NCBI RefSeq assembly: GCF_964355755.1
Contig: NC_092677.1
Coordinates: 5,788,101 to 5,852,100 of the forward strand
Length of the DNA: 64,000 bases
Source of the DNA: Antedon mediterranea
Lineage: Eukaryota > Animalia > Echinodermata
Direction: 5' to 3'
A program made the position numbers and the translations under genes. Below, piece by piece: positions 1-13,100 of the stretch; the stretch's first letter is position 1, and the number at the start of each line of letters is the position of its first letter. The notes under the pieces are model-generated. The model was not told the DNA's origin, ran no database searches, and was given only the letters and a program-made list of their open reading frames with translations.

Positions 1-1
1 A

Positions 2-686
2 CGTGTTCATGAAACCAAATATCTTGGTACACATATTGATGATCAACTTAGTTTTGAAAAAAATACGGCCAAGATAATTAAGAAAGGTCACCAAAGGTTA
101 TATTTCCTAAGAAAGCTAAATACATTTAATGTTAGCTGTGGTACTTTAAAATTATTCTATGAAACAGTTATTCAATCAGTACTAGTTATCTCTTTTATTG
201 CTTGGTTCGGTAATTTAAATGAAACACACAAGAAAAGTCTCATTAGAATTACTAAGATAGCATCAAATATAATTGGTTGTACGGTTAATGATTTAAAATA
301 TCTTTATGAAAAACAGGTCTTAAGTAAATTAAGTAAAATTTTAGAAGATAAGAAACATCCATTACATATGAGATTTTTTAAGAACAAGTCTGGCCGGTTA
401 CGGGCTCCTAGAGCTGATACGTCAAGAAACCGACTGTCTTTTGTACCAAATTCAACTCATATTTTTAACTCAAAGATTGTTAGATCATAATAGCGCACAT
501 GCAATATATATTTTAAAGTTTTACTGTTGATGGATGTTTTAATTAATGTTTTTAAATTGTAAATTTGTTCTATGTATGATGTAATTATGAATGTTTTACC
601 ATATTTTTCTGTCGAGGAAAACAATTTTTCCATGTAAAATTTATTTTATATGGAACGAATAAAGATTTGATTTGATTTGATTTGAT
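2..686 (+). mobile_element. 3' end of a non-LTR retrotransposon (Rex1/L2-like LINE ORF2 C-terminus plus 3' UTR)
   Basis: Frame 2..490 reads RVHETKYLGTHIDDQLSFEKNTAKIIKKGHQRLYFLRKL...AWFGNL...HPLH...SFVP*, the typical post-RT region of Rex/L2 LINEs. It is followed by AATAAA and a (TTTGA)n tail at 658-686. Confidence 0.85.
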
Positions 687-905
687 TATACATTTATACG
701 TTTTATATTAGAATGTGACGCAATTCATATATTTTTGCGATGCCACTTCTTTTTAATAAAACATAATTGAATTGAATAGAACTCAGAGTATGTTCTATTG
801 TAGTATAATAGTACTTATACTTCCAATATTTTATTTATTTTTATTTTGCTTTAATCCAGTGGCTATGAATTAAAGTTTGGCTCAAACATTCAGATTGCTA
901 CTCAC

Positions 906-1500
906 AATATACAGTTAGAATAGATGGATTTGATCTTTCAATAGCTCCATTTGTTGTTATCAGACACTGAAATCTTCGTAGAGAATCATTTCTCATTGGC
1001 TGTGACATCACCAAGTCAGCTTTCCCAGGTTTTATGTTTAATTTAAAACGTACATTTGCTACAAGTTTTGTTGTAGATCCATCTTCATTTACTTCATCCC
1101 ATTGTATTACATCAGGTGTAGTAGAAGTAAATTGTGAATAATCACAAGTTATCACCACATCAGCATCACCTTCCTTGGTTGTCTGGTCAGATGTTGTCAG
1201 CAACTGACAGTCTGCATCTAAACAAATTAAGTAGATAATCAGTATATATCAGTATATAGCTTGTATGAATACTACAAGTAACTCTAACAACTAAGCTATA
1301 GATATTGCTAAGAAAATATAAACAAAAATGCACCTGAAATGGCAATGCATTGATGGTGAAACATGGTATAAAAACATTCTCTAAAAACATATGTTTTAAA
1401 TAATGATTTTAGAAACACATTTATATATTTTATGTATGAAAAGAAACTTACCCTTTTTAATAACCAGTAATATTACAATAAAATACACAGCTACAAATAA
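906..1500 (-). CDS. Partial Ig-superfamily gene (gene 0): hydrophobic signal-like exon 1500-1452 and Ig exon 1217-906; remaining exons probably lie left of the window
   Basis: Exon LFVAVYFIVILLVIKK has cag/gtaag boundaries. The 312-nt phase-1 exon reads DADCQLLTTSDQTTKEGDADVVITCDY...IQW...FQCLITT...ILTVY with tag/gtgag boundaries. It has both Ig cysteines and the C-strand Trp, and resembles domain 3 of gene 1. The start exon was not found. Confidence 0.75.
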
Positions 1501-3251
1501 CTGGAAAGAACAGAAAATAAATGTATGTCATTAAATAAGAGACAATATTAATCTACAAACAAATTATATAATTTCTCTGAAATACTTTATTCAAAAATGA
1601 TAATCTAATAATGCAGTCAAAACTGTGAAATATGAAGAAACAGTGTGTCTATATAGTTATTCTGTTGTTCATGAGCATATTATCCACATTCATTTACAAA
1701 TTTCGAATGTTTTTTCTCTTTGGTATAGACTATGTGATACTTGCTGATTGTGTCATGTGCTTAACGTTATTACGTTTCAAAATGTCATGGGTAAGTATGC
1801 TCTGGCCTTAATCTAACCATCCACTTTAAATATACGAGTTTCATGGTACTGAGTGTGAAATCTTAAAACGCAAGCAATAAGCCAAATCCAAGCGTTAAAC
1901 AAACACAAGAAAAGAAAATTGTAACTACTGTTACTTCTATGAATTTTTTTTGAAACTGGAATATTTTCTTTCACCACAGCTAGATTAAAAACAAGTACCG
2001 GTATAGTGCATAGACATACATACTGGTATGTAAACACTCGTAACTGACTGTTATAGTAATCAAATATTTGTTAAAAGATTAACGGGAATTTTTAAACTGT
2101 CGAAAATATTGAGAACAGTGTCAATGAATTTTTTATAGCGCATTGTAATTCCCCCACCCTTTTTTTTCTTATTGTTACAGGGCACCTACATTATCACTAT
2201 GAATGGTTATGAAACTACACATTTCTTCTTCATATTGAGTAGACCTACATAGTTAATCCTCACGAGCGCTTTACTATATCGGTCGCGTTTAAAATACATA
2301 CGTGTTATGTTGATTGCGATAAAATAAATGCTGTTGACAAGACGGGTGAAAATCAATCGCGTTTTATTTTAGTTGCGAAAAAACGTCAACTATTGTATAG
2401 AGTGCGCCGCTAGGTACGGTTTTTACTCACCGTCGCTATCGTTTTTTCTCACCGTCGCTCTTTGGTGTACTCACCATATTCTTTACTTACTATTTGCCAT
2501 TTGGAGGAATATGTTTATTTAATTTCGAAGACTAAGACAAGAAGTTGATTAATATCATCAAAAACCTAGAACTCGACCAATTCCAAGCGCAACCAATATT
2601 ATCGTATATCAATAATAGTAAAAACCTCACCAACAGATACGAAAATTAATGTAAATGTTACAACATTCTACTTACTTTATGCCTACCACAAAGCATCATA
2701 AATTCTTAATGATACAGTTTTAAGAGATAATCCGCTGTGATTACATGTCCAAAAGTATCGACTGCTGCTACTACCATAAAAACCGTTTGACTAATAATCT
2801 AACGTTTCAAACATTATACAATGGACAAATATTTGTTTTCAGATTTTAGACATTGGACTTTGGCGGAACAATTTAATCACTGCTGTCAACCAAACAAACA
2901 CGCACTTTAAACATAAATATCGTGAATCAGCATCGATCGAAACGTACCTATTGTAAACATGGTATGCTCGATTGCTCTAGTGTTTCTCTAAATGGTTTTC
3001 ATTTCCTCAAAATCTGACCAAAGAAAGTTAGTTTTTCTACAGGCCTAGTTTATTTTGAAAATATTTAACTTAGGCCTATAAACTTATTTTAAGCTATATT
3101 AAAATAATGTGTTGCCATGCAAGTCTTTTTGATGTTCAGTGGTGTTTAATATTAGGCCTATATAATTTTGTTTCAATATAGGAAATTATATATTATGCCT
3201 GTGATACGATATTATTTATTGTCCACGTAGTGGAGCTGTAGCTTGGTGGTT

Positions 3252-6200
3252 TTTTCATTTCATTTCATAATAACATTTATTTCCTTCATAATATACAAAA
3301 TAAATAATATAATACACAAAATTCATGACGAGAAGAAAGATAGTTAAAACAATACAATTTTTTTTTTTCTCATCTTTAACATGAATAAAACAATATTATG
3401 AAGGAGGCACAATTTCTAAAAAGCAAAAGCTTGTGTTGAAAGTGCCTGAACAAAACAAAAAGTAACTAAAATCAAATTAGTAAATAATAGTAAATGGTAT
3501 ATAGGAATAAAGTAATTACCATAACGGAATATGAAAACAATAAAAAACTGATTCCTAGAATATAACTAGTTAATTAATTTCCTTTTGTATTAGATATTGT
3601 TTAGTGTTAAAGACGAAGCTATGTTTGTTTGCAGAAGTTGTAATTTTGTTAGGAAGTGAGTTCCATATCTTGGGTCCAGTAAATCTAATATTATGTTGAA
3701 AAGAAGTCTTTTTATGTTTAGGAATATGAAGGTTATTGAGGATTCTTGTGGAATAGCCGTGAAATTCATAATTGGGAGAAAACATATCGCGTAAATGAGA
3801 TGGAAGAAGAGCATTTTGGCTTTTGTAAATAAATAAACATTGTTGGAAAATATTAATATCTGTTAATTTTAATAATTTGAGAGAACGAAATAAAGGATCT
3901 GTACTAGTTCTAGGTGAAACATTCGAAATTATTCGAATGATTTTCTTTTGTAGTATTTGAAGTTTATTTAAATTAGATGGGAATGTGTTACACCAAACGA
4001 TATTGCAATATAAAAGATATGGCAAAACAAGGGAGCAGTAGAGTGTTCGGAGAATATGATGTGGAAGAAAAGATGCCAGTCTACAAATTATACCAATATT
4101 TTTTGAGATTTTGTTTTCTGTCTCAATAACATGGGGTTTCCATGTCAGACGACTATCAATGGATACACCCAAAAATTTTGCATGATTGACCATGGGGAGA
4201 ACAGAACCATTTAGTTTAATTTGCAATGGACCTAATTTAATCGGCATCGTACTACTTCTAAACAAAACATAGCTGCACTTTTTTAGATTTACAGAAAGGC
4301 TGTTTGCCAGAAACCATTCGGATACATTAATTAAACTTGTATTTACAGTGTTAAATAACGACTCTAAGTGTCGATTTTTACAGATTAGTGTTGTGTCATC
4401 TGCATATAAAAAGTAAGATAAAGATACTGACGAATTGTAAATATCATTCACATATAAAAGAAACAGAAGAGGACCTAGTAATGAACCTTGTGGTACTCCA
4501 CAGGTAATAGGCAAATAGTCAGATTGGGAATCACAAAACTTGGTACATTGGTAGCGGTTAGATAAATAGCTCTTAAATAAATTGAGAGGAACACCGCGAA
4601 TACCATAGTGATACAGTTTTGAAAGAAGAATGGGATGGTTAATGGTATCGAATGCTTTCGATAGATCGACAAAAACACCAATTGCAAACTCATCATTTTC
4701 AAATGCATCTATTATTTCATTGGACAAATCAATTAAGGCCATTGCGGTATCAAAATGTTTGCGAAATCCAAATTGCTTATTGAATACAATATTATTTTTT
4801 TCCATAAAGGCATAGGTTCTATTATAGATAATTCTTTCTAATATTTTAGAAAATAGCGAAAGGACTGAGATCGGTCGGTAATTAGATAAAGTGTCCTTTT
4901 TTCCTGCTTTAAAGATGGGAGTAACTCTTGCCAATTTCAATTTATTTGGAAAAACTCCTTTTGTTAAAGACAGATTAAATATGTGACATAGAGGTTTAAC
5001 CAAAAGGGAAATTGATTGTTTAATAACTTTTGGACTGAATTCATCAAGTCCTTGCGCTTTATTAGTTTTAAAACACTTGACAATATCTATAATTTCTGTA
5101 TCAGACACTGGACACATAAATAAAGAGTTTAAAGTAGGTAAGGGCAAATACGTTTTAAAATCAGATTGATCGGTTGGCAATTTTTTTGAAAGAGTTGGTC
5201 CAATTTCGACAAAAAACTTATTGAATTCATTTGCGATTTGAGACGGGTCTTCAATGGATTCACCATTATTGCCTGTTAGAACAACTTTCGTATTCAAATT
5301 CGGAGACCTTTTAATCAAGGAGTTAATTACGCGCCAAGTACCTTTAATATCATGTTGACATTGAGTGAATCTGTTTTGATAGTATTCGGTTTTAACACGT
5401 TTAATAAGTAAATTTAAGGTATTACGGAATTTAGTGTATTTTATTTTATTATGATTGGTAGGATTATTTAGGTATTTAGCATATAACTTGTGTTTATATT
5501 TAGTAGATTGCAACAGACCATTTGACATCCAAGGTTTTAATTTTGTGTTTTTTTTACTTTGCGTAGTCATTGGAAAATGTTTATTATATAAAAGTTTTAA
5601 TTTAGTTTCAAAAGTATTATAAGCTTGATTAGGTTCTTGCAATAAGTTCACATCGTTCCATGTTATTACGCTAAGCTCTCGTTTAAATTGTTCGATGTTA
5701 TTTTCATTAATTTTCCTAAAAGGTTTATTTGGAGGTCTACTGACTGCTTGATTATTTTTGTATGTTAAGGTAGATATAGAAAAAACAGGTAGGTGATCGG
5801 AAATATCGCAATAGAGCTGACCACTAGCGAGGTGTAAATCAGGCTGGTTGGTTAATATGTTATCAATAAGAGTAGCACTATTTGATGTTATCCTAGTAGG
5901 TCTAAGTATTAGCGGTAAATAAAAGTTGCTAAAAAGAGTGTTTACAAAATTGTTAGTTGTGGTTTCATAAGTATATTGCAAAATATCTATATTGAAATCA
6001 CCCAACAGATATACCAGCTTATTTTCAGTTGAAAGAGTATGAAGTAGGTTATCTAGGATATCATTGAATGCATTGATATTCAAAGACGGAGCACGATAGA
6101 TTGTTCCCACGATGATATTTTTCCCATGTATCTGTTCTATTTCAATAAATATCGATTCACATATTGATTCATCTGTTGTTAAATCATTACGGACAGTAAC

Positions 6201-6898
6201 TGATACATTGTTTCGTACGTACAGGGCTACGCCACCACCCGCCTTAGATTTCCTATTTCTAGAAAAAATATTATAACCCGGCATATCTGTTAGGGGATTA
6301 TTTAAAACGTTTTAAAGAATCCATCTTGCCCAAGAGACTACGTGTATTAAAATGGATAGTAGACAAAATATTTTTATCATTGTTATGCTTAGAGAAATTC
6401 TCTGAGAATGTTTCTGGATCAAAATAATTAGATTCATTTAAACTAGCATAAACTTGAGAATGTGGATCAACATTTTCGTTAATATTCATGTTCTCGTATG
6501 CCACAAAGGGGTTAAATTTCACATCAGTTGTAGGGTTGGATTGGCACATTAATTATAGGTATCATAGATAATTTAAACATTAGGTAAAAGTTAACAATAA
6601 TATAATAAAATAAAAAACTAAATATAACAATAATTAAACATAAAACAATTCTGTTTAGTGCTGCCGTATTACTAATACATAGGTAGCGTAAGCGTTGCAC
6701 TCCCCGTGTATAAAACGGAGAATAATTCATTAGGTATGCAACCGGGTATGCAAAGGTATAATTTGCATAATGGTACGTAGCGGACATGCTTGGAATTTAA
6801 ACAAGCAAAGCCAGGTTAAGTATACTGACATTACAAAATGAAAGAAGGCAGAGAAAAAGAAAAAGAAACCATTCATATCCCAGTTCCTCAAAACACCG
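3252..6898 (-). mobile_element. 5'-truncated CR1/L2-group LINE
   Basis: Contains an APE+RT ORF. The 3' UTR ends in AATAAA and a short (TGAAA)n tail near 3252-3280 on the minus strand. Confidence 0.85.
3570..6284 (-). CDS. LINE ORF2: apurinic endonuclease plus reverse transcriptase, N-terminus disrupted
   Basis: 904 aa with GGGVALY, YRAP, GDFN, TLIDNI, SDHLPV (APE) and NYRPISVL, QFGFR, DLSKAFD, GVPQGSLLGP, YADD, FLGV (RT). The true N-terminus (HFNTRSL) is in the out-of-frame ORF 6298..6549, and the intervening ETW motif is missing. Confidence 0.92.
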   Translation of the reverse strand: MPGYNIFSRNRKSKAGGGVALYVRNNVSVTVRNDLTTDESICESIFIEIEQIHGKNIIVGTIYRAPSLNINAFNDILDNLLHTLSTENKLVYLLGDFNIDILQYTYETTTNNFVNTLFSNFYLPLILRPTRITSNSATLIDNILTNQPDLHLASGQLYCDISDHLPVFSISTLTYKNNQAVSRPPNKPFRKINENNIEQFKRELSVITWNDVNLLQEPNQAYNTFETKLKLLYNKHFPMTTQSKKNTKLKPWMSNGLLQSTKYKHKLYAKYLNNPTNHNKIKYTKFRNTLNLLIKRVKTEYYQNRFTQCQHDIKGTWRVINSLIKRSPNLNTKVVLTGNNGESIEDPSQIANEFNKFFVEIGPTLSKKLPTDQSDFKTYLPLPTLNSLFMCPVSDTEIIDIVKCFKTNKAQGLDEFSPKVIKQSISLLVKPLCHIFNLSLTKGVFPNKLKLARVTPIFKAGKKDTLSNYRPISVLSLFSKILERIIYNRTYAFMEKNNIVFNKQFGFRKHFDTAMALIDLSNEIIDAFENDEFAIGVFVDLSKAFDTINHPILLSKLYHYGIRGVPLNLFKSYLSNRYQCTKFCDSQSDYLPITCGVPQGSLLGPLLFLLYVNDIYNSSVSLSYFLYADDTTLICKNRHLESLFNTVNTSLINVSEWFLANSLSVNLKKCSYVLFRSSTMPIKLGPLQIKLNGSVLPMVNHAKFLGVSIDSRLTWKPHVIETENKISKNIGIICRLASFLPHHILRTLYCSLVLPYLLYCNIVWCNTFPSNLNKLQILQKKIIRIISNVSPRTSTDPLFRSLKLLKLTDINIFQQCLFIYKSQNALLPSHLRDMFSPNYEFHGYSTRILNNLHIPKHKKTSFQHNIRFTGPKIWNSLPNKITTSANKHSFVFNTKQYLIQKEIN

Positions 6899-6991
6899 TA
6901 AACGTGCTTGCCTTCCAATCCCAAGGTCCCGGGTTCAATCCTGACCTAGTACAGGGTTGTAACTCATGACTCTTTCAACTCCACTCCCTAA

Positions 6992-8066
6992 GGCCCTGTT
7001 CAGACCCATGGCGTTAGACCGTTTTAGCGTACAACGTTACTATCAAGGTCACGTTACAAACCGCAGAGAAAAAAACGAGGTGTTCAGACCCATAGCGTAC
7101 GATTATCGTTACAACGGAAGTACGTCATCCAGGTTGTTTCTAGTTGCATATTCATGTGCTCTTACCCACGTGTTTTCATCATTATTTCCACTGTATATAG
7201 GCCTAGATCTCAGCCCTACAATTATGACAAAATTTGCCGTAAATAAAACATACCTCAGCATTTATTTAAGAAAAATATAGTAAAGCCAATTAAATTTCTG
7301 TTTCTATTGTTTTTATTTTGTAGTAAAAAACATTTTCCCAGGCTCTTGTGTTACGAAAATAAAGCAGGCCTCGTAATGAAGAAAACAATGATTGTGATTA
7401 GTCTATCCAGTCCAGTCAAAGATATATATTCTTTGGTCCAGTCGGTTGAAAATAACCCTTAACTTGCTAATAAAAGGGACACAGCTCCCCCTTGTTTGTT
7501 TACTGATTTTTTTAGGAGTTAGGGGGTTTTCAGCATTAAACTTGTCCAGTCTAGTCTGCCTTGATGAATGAGTGACTTGATGTCCCACGCTAGTTTTTAG
7601 CTTGAATGAAATGCGTGAATGGCTCTAGGCCTAGCTAGGCCTAAAAGCGGATGGGATCGTAGTCCCTATGTTTAAATACAAGGTGCATGTATTTATGTCA
7701 TTTGTTAGAAAATATAATGGTAATCAGTTGATAATAGTTTGTAGCCTTTGTAACAGTTGTATTTGTAGTGTAGTTAGGCCTTATTTATTCTGGCCTTTTT
7801 GTTATTGAAATCCATCTCACACATTGACGATACAAGATGTCAGCCTAGGTCAAACCTTGTTTCGCGTCATAACAGGAAACGTTCTGATTGGATACAACGT
7901 TGACTTACAGTAGCGTCGTACGCTAAAACGCTACTATCAACCGTTTTCCACTACAACGCTACAACCGTTGTACGACGCGTTGTACGCTAATCCCCAACTG
8001 TTCAGACACACATTCTTTTAGCGTCGTACGCTAAAACGGTCTAACGCCATGGGTCTGAACAGGGCC
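6992..8066. mobile_element. Non-autonomous PIF/Harbinger-type element (MITE), 1075 bp
   Basis: About 41-bp perfect TIR GGCCCTGTTCAGACCCATGGCGTTAGACCGTTTTAGCGTAC at both ends, with TAA target-site duplication at 6989-6991 and 8067-8069. Confidence 0.9.
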
Positions 8067-10118
8067 TAAGCCTCAAATGAGACTTAGTTTATAAGCACGA
8101 TAAATTATTAAATAGTTTATCCATCCTGTAATTGGCGAGTTATTCGCTGTTGGATGAGTATGATAAAAAAAAAATAAAATAAAATAAAAAAAAACAATGT
8201 ACAAATGAATTTTGGTTGGTTGGTTTACATTTTGATTTACACAATGAATACATTTTTTGTACTTTTTGGGTCCTTTTTTCCCCTGAAATTATGTTTCTTT
8301 CCATAACTTTTTAGGTCTTTTTTGCCAGGTTATCGATGGAAACTTGGATTGCTGTAGTCGAGCATTTTCATCATTTTTTATGATTGGCTAGTAGTAAAGT
8401 CATACGTCACAGTCAACCAATGTAAATCCTTCCAATTCATTTGTTCATGGTATACCATATTTGTTACTGACGTATGTGAGTAGAAACTAAGGCCTAATAC
8501 AATTAATAAAGTAATACACCACCCCTCCCCTCGTAGCTATAGGAGCCTTTTCTGTACTCATGGACCTATGCCTTCAGTTTATTCGTTAATTGCCTACAAT
8601 CACATTTTAATTCATAAAATAAATTCAACCTATACACATGATCTTTATTTAAAAAAAAGGTTAAGCCATCTTATCTTCTCGCTCTTTGATAACATGTACA
8701 AACACAGCAGCAAGTCGCAGATAATAAAGATAGTATACTATTTGTTATTTTGTCTGCTTCGGAACGCATATGAAACGTCTTAGGGAATACAATGTATATC
8801 ATTTTGTAGGGCAAATACAGTAGGATTTTTATTATCTACTAACGCCAATATACTGTAATTTAATATTTAATAGAGAGAATATCATGTATATCATCAATAG
8901 AAAGAATATAATTTCTATTCGATATGAATAAATTATAATAATATTAGAAATAATACTTTAATATACGGATTCACCCATTTGCTTTCCGAAATGATGATGT
9001 TCCGCCAACTTCGGTTACCGAACCGAGTATTATCAGCATTGGTCAACAAAAAGTAGTACCGGTAAGCTAGTGTATTTATATCAAAATGTAGTTTTGTATA
9101 TACATTAAAAACAATATAGAGAAACAAAACTATGATCACATGAATTAACCATATTAATAGAAACAAACACAATTTAGATTAAAGAAATTTTCGTAAAACA
9201 CGTCGGCGGCATTAGTAATTAGTATGTTATAATCAACAGGAGATATCGGTAAGTAGGTTGGCGTAGATAGTTATTACATTATTATTTTAAAAATACATTG
9301 ACGATTTAAAGATTTATAAAAATGTACCAAATGGATAGGATAAATAGGTAACAGCGACTGCAATAAATAACAAAGATGTAATATTTTGTAGTGACAATGA
9401 AACGACAAAAGTAAAGCGGAGAGAATAATGTAATTGATTGCTTTCGATGGTAATCATCGACGCAGGTTTATACAAACATTTGCTCTTGAACATTGTATTA
9501 AGACTTCCTTTATTGTCTATTGGTTTGCATAGAGAATAAACATTAGTAAAGTTAGGCTTGCGGTACACCACAATCAAAACTTTACTAACAATTTCTTTAC
9601 AAACTCATGGTACATGCTCAAATATATGTGCCTTGCACGCTACTGCGCATGTGTTGTTTTACAAAAATGGGATAGTGTCACTGGCTGTACATCCCGCTTA
9701 AAATTAAGATGTTTATTCAATATTATCAGAGTATTCAACTCGAGAAACAATTATTGAATCTTATCGATTGATTGATTGATTAGTCACTATTCATATTCAT
9801 GAACAAATAATATTTCTGGCGTTTGATTGAAGAGTGCGTCCTTGTTAAACTTACATTAAACATTTATTTTCATTTTGTGGCGGATTTTATTTACAAAAAC
9901 ATAATGTGTTTATGGCGATTAAGCTTAACATGACAACATAACTAATCAATGATAATGATTTAAAAAATGTAAAACAATGAATATAATAATATTATAGTCA
10001 TTAATGAAATATAATGATAATATGTGATTAATGCACAGTATATTATTATTACTCTGTCGTATTACCTTTTTAGAAAACCTGTCAATTCTAATAATTATCT
10101 AACAATCTTTCCCTAGTC

Positions 10119-13100
10119 ATGGTGTTATTTCAGGCAACACTCATTTTTGTTATACATTCTGTAGTCGGTAAGTTTAAAATAAATGATTATTGCAGTTTTA
10201 AATAAAATATTAATTGATAATGTATAGGCCTAATTAATAATATTTCTAACGTGTGAAGTGAAACAAAAGGAAGCATAGATACTGCAAAAAATGAGGTGCA
10301 GTATAATCACTTCATACATGTATATATAATTTGTTTTAAATATAATTTTCAAATCAAATAACTGAGATCTAATCTACAAGATTTAAAAGATGTTCTACAT
10401 AAACAAAAACTTAAACAAATCTTTAGGAGATAAGTTTTTTTGGCATGAGGAAAAATCCTTACATCTGAAACGATTTGTACCAAAGTAGCTACGTATCTTA
10501 TTCACTACTACCGCAAAACGAAATACATCATTATTGAACACCCATACTTAGCTATTGTTTAAATGATTTAATTATCGTAGTATAGGGCACTCATCCTCAA
10601 ACTTAACAGACGAATTGTGCATCACTGGTACTATCCCTTGATTTGAAAATTCTATTTGTATTTTGATTTTTTAGCTGATACATCTACCAAAACATTTTCG
10701 ATAATCGAAGGTGAAACTATCACAATGTCAGCACCAGAAGAGGTTCATCAGCTCAAGATCAACAACGAGATAATGAATATAAATTGGTTTGACGCTAAAT
10801 CACCCAATTCAAAGCATCTTATACTTAACCTGAGCGATTCCAAAGATGGCCGATTTTCAATCGATGATACTACTGCAACATATGGAAATTTAATCATAAA
10901 AAATGTAAAGAGAGAAGATGAGGGACACTACACATGTCAGGTGGTAAAAAATGATGGAATGACTGACTGGAGAGAGACATACCACATGCTTGTATACTGT
11001 GAGTCAATTTTCTCAGAAGGATTTTTTTTTTATTTTGAACATAGGTTAATTTTAATAGATTTAATATCTGTTTACTAGGTCGATAACGAACGACGATACT
11101 ATACATTTTCCAACAGAAAATAACTTTGGTGAAAATAATATATTATTTCAAGTCAAGAACAAAGGAAACCGACATACTTTGAATGCATCTTTAAATTATT
11201 TACATTCTCATTATAGAAAGGCTATGAACTATACCTACAACAAATAAACATAAATAACAAATAGTTGTGACCAATTTTGATTGAAAAGATATAAAAGAAA
11301 AAATATCTGCCTTTTGTTGAACGCGTATCCATATTTTGTGTGTGTTAACGTTGACTATTATTATATTGGTGTAACACACCTATATACCATATTTAATATA
11401 ATTAAACATAATTATACCGTATTGCTTTAAAGTTATATTAAAAACATTTGATTGAATATGCCATTAATGTCACATAATAGTTATTCACTTTCACCAAAAA
11501 TTTGATCAAAAGCCTGAATTTAACCAGTTATTTTGCTTATTTATTTTTTAAAGTGAAAACATGTCTTCATTATAATGTTTATGAAAACTGCAAAATAGCC
11601 TATCCAAAGTTTTTTAGTCGCGTGGACGCGACTCAATAGTTCACTATGTCGGTCGGTTGGTCTGTCGGTCTGTTGGTCTGTCTGTCGGTCCGGTATCACT
11701 ATGCGTTTTAGCACGCGACTTATGGCTGTTGGCCTTGTTTTTTTATCAATCTTCATTTGTTATGTTTTTGGAGACAATACATCTTTAATGATATAAAAAC
11801 AATCACATTTTCTTGATTTAGATATAGATCGTCCTACTATTTCTGGGCCATTTACATTGGTCTCTGACAACACTAATTCTGTTACCTTTTTCTGTACGTG
11901 GGGTAACATACATCCAAATGAGGAACCCAAAGTCTCGTGGTTGTTTGAAGAAAGTGTGCTTAACACAACAGGAGGAAGATACGCTTTAAAAGATGACAAA
12001 AACAGGCAATCAATTGTTGTAATGAATATTAGTTTAAGCGATTTTGGAAGGTATGCATGTCATATCAATGTTGAAACTAACATGGCTAATATGAGTAAGA
12101 CAAGCAATTATGAAGACCTCACACAGATGCCTAGTAAGTATATTAACCAACGATCTTACTAACACATTATAAAACAAGCCTATCTTTAGGAAACCCTGCT
12201 ATGTCCGTCTATAGGCCTACAAAAACGTACAAGGTGCACGTTCGTAACAATTGAGTAGGTTTACATTTCAAAGATTTTTTTGTATTTTGATGAAGTGTCC
12301 GTGCCCAACGAATTATATACAGCAAAATAGCATGAATTATTTATGTTTATTTTGTGACGTTTCATGAGGGGTCCCCAACTTATGTACGAAAAAAAAAATC
12401 GCTGCCCGGAACTCCCTACTGTACAAATACATCATCTATTTAAACCAACTCACAGGTGGAAAATATGCAAATATGTCATTGCGTACAAAAAGAGTAAATG
12501 ACGTCACAACATTATCATAAGGAAGTGGTATGTGTTTTGGAGTAAGTTGTGCTTCATCACCACCTTAGTAAAAACAGTATACAATGGAAAATACCGCTTT
12601 CAATTACCCACTTGGCTAAAGCCAGACCCTTATTTCCATTAAAGTAATTTATTAGTTATTTTTCTATAATTAATAGATTGCGAGCCACTGCTTATTACAG
12701 GATATCCCTTTACAAATGTAGAAGAAGGGGAAGAAGAAGTAAAGATACAGTGTGATGTAAAATTTCGTAAACATATTAAAGTAATAATTTGGAACGAATT
12801 AGACGACGCAGGTGATGATGTAAACATAGCAGTAGTGAACTCGATGAGGCGAGTTAACGGCCGCTACAAACTAACTGAAGAATCAGGAAAATCAAACTTA
12901 GTCATAAAGTCTCCGAATGGAAGGGATTCTGGAAAGATGTTCACGTGTATTGTTGTGTTTGTTGATGGAACTACGGCCGCCATGGAATCTCCCTCTAGGT
13001 TAAATGTATGGTGTAAGTATAAAAACGAAAATATATATTAAACAAGTGTTGCTAGTTGTACAAAGTACCAATTCTATTACGTCCGACCACCCTATCAAAT

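Larger units (their letters stand above)
3232..8193 (+). mobile_element. tRNA-derived SINE split into three pieces (3232-3251, ~6899-6991, 8067-8193) by a LINE and a MITE
   Basis: Joining the pieces gives GGAGCTGTAGCTTGGTGGT-AAACGTGCTTGCCTTCCAATCCCAAGGTCCCGGGTTCAATCC (A box, TCC anticodon-like loop, B box), then a body and an A-rich tail at ~8165-8193. Confidence 0.65.

Noticed and set aside
2941-2965. Candidate start exon for gene 0 (ATGTTTACAATAG|gtacg on minus)
   Set aside because: Its phase is incompatible with the 1500-1452 exon and leads to a stop.
6899-6950. tRNA-Gly(TCC)-like sequence
   Set aside because: There is no complete cloverleaf, and it continues into a body and an A-rich tail, so it is a SINE head and not a tRNA gene.
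7403-7588. ORF inside the Harbinger MITE as a transposase or Myb/SANT remnant
   Set aside because: It is short and I cannot recognise a diagnostic motif.
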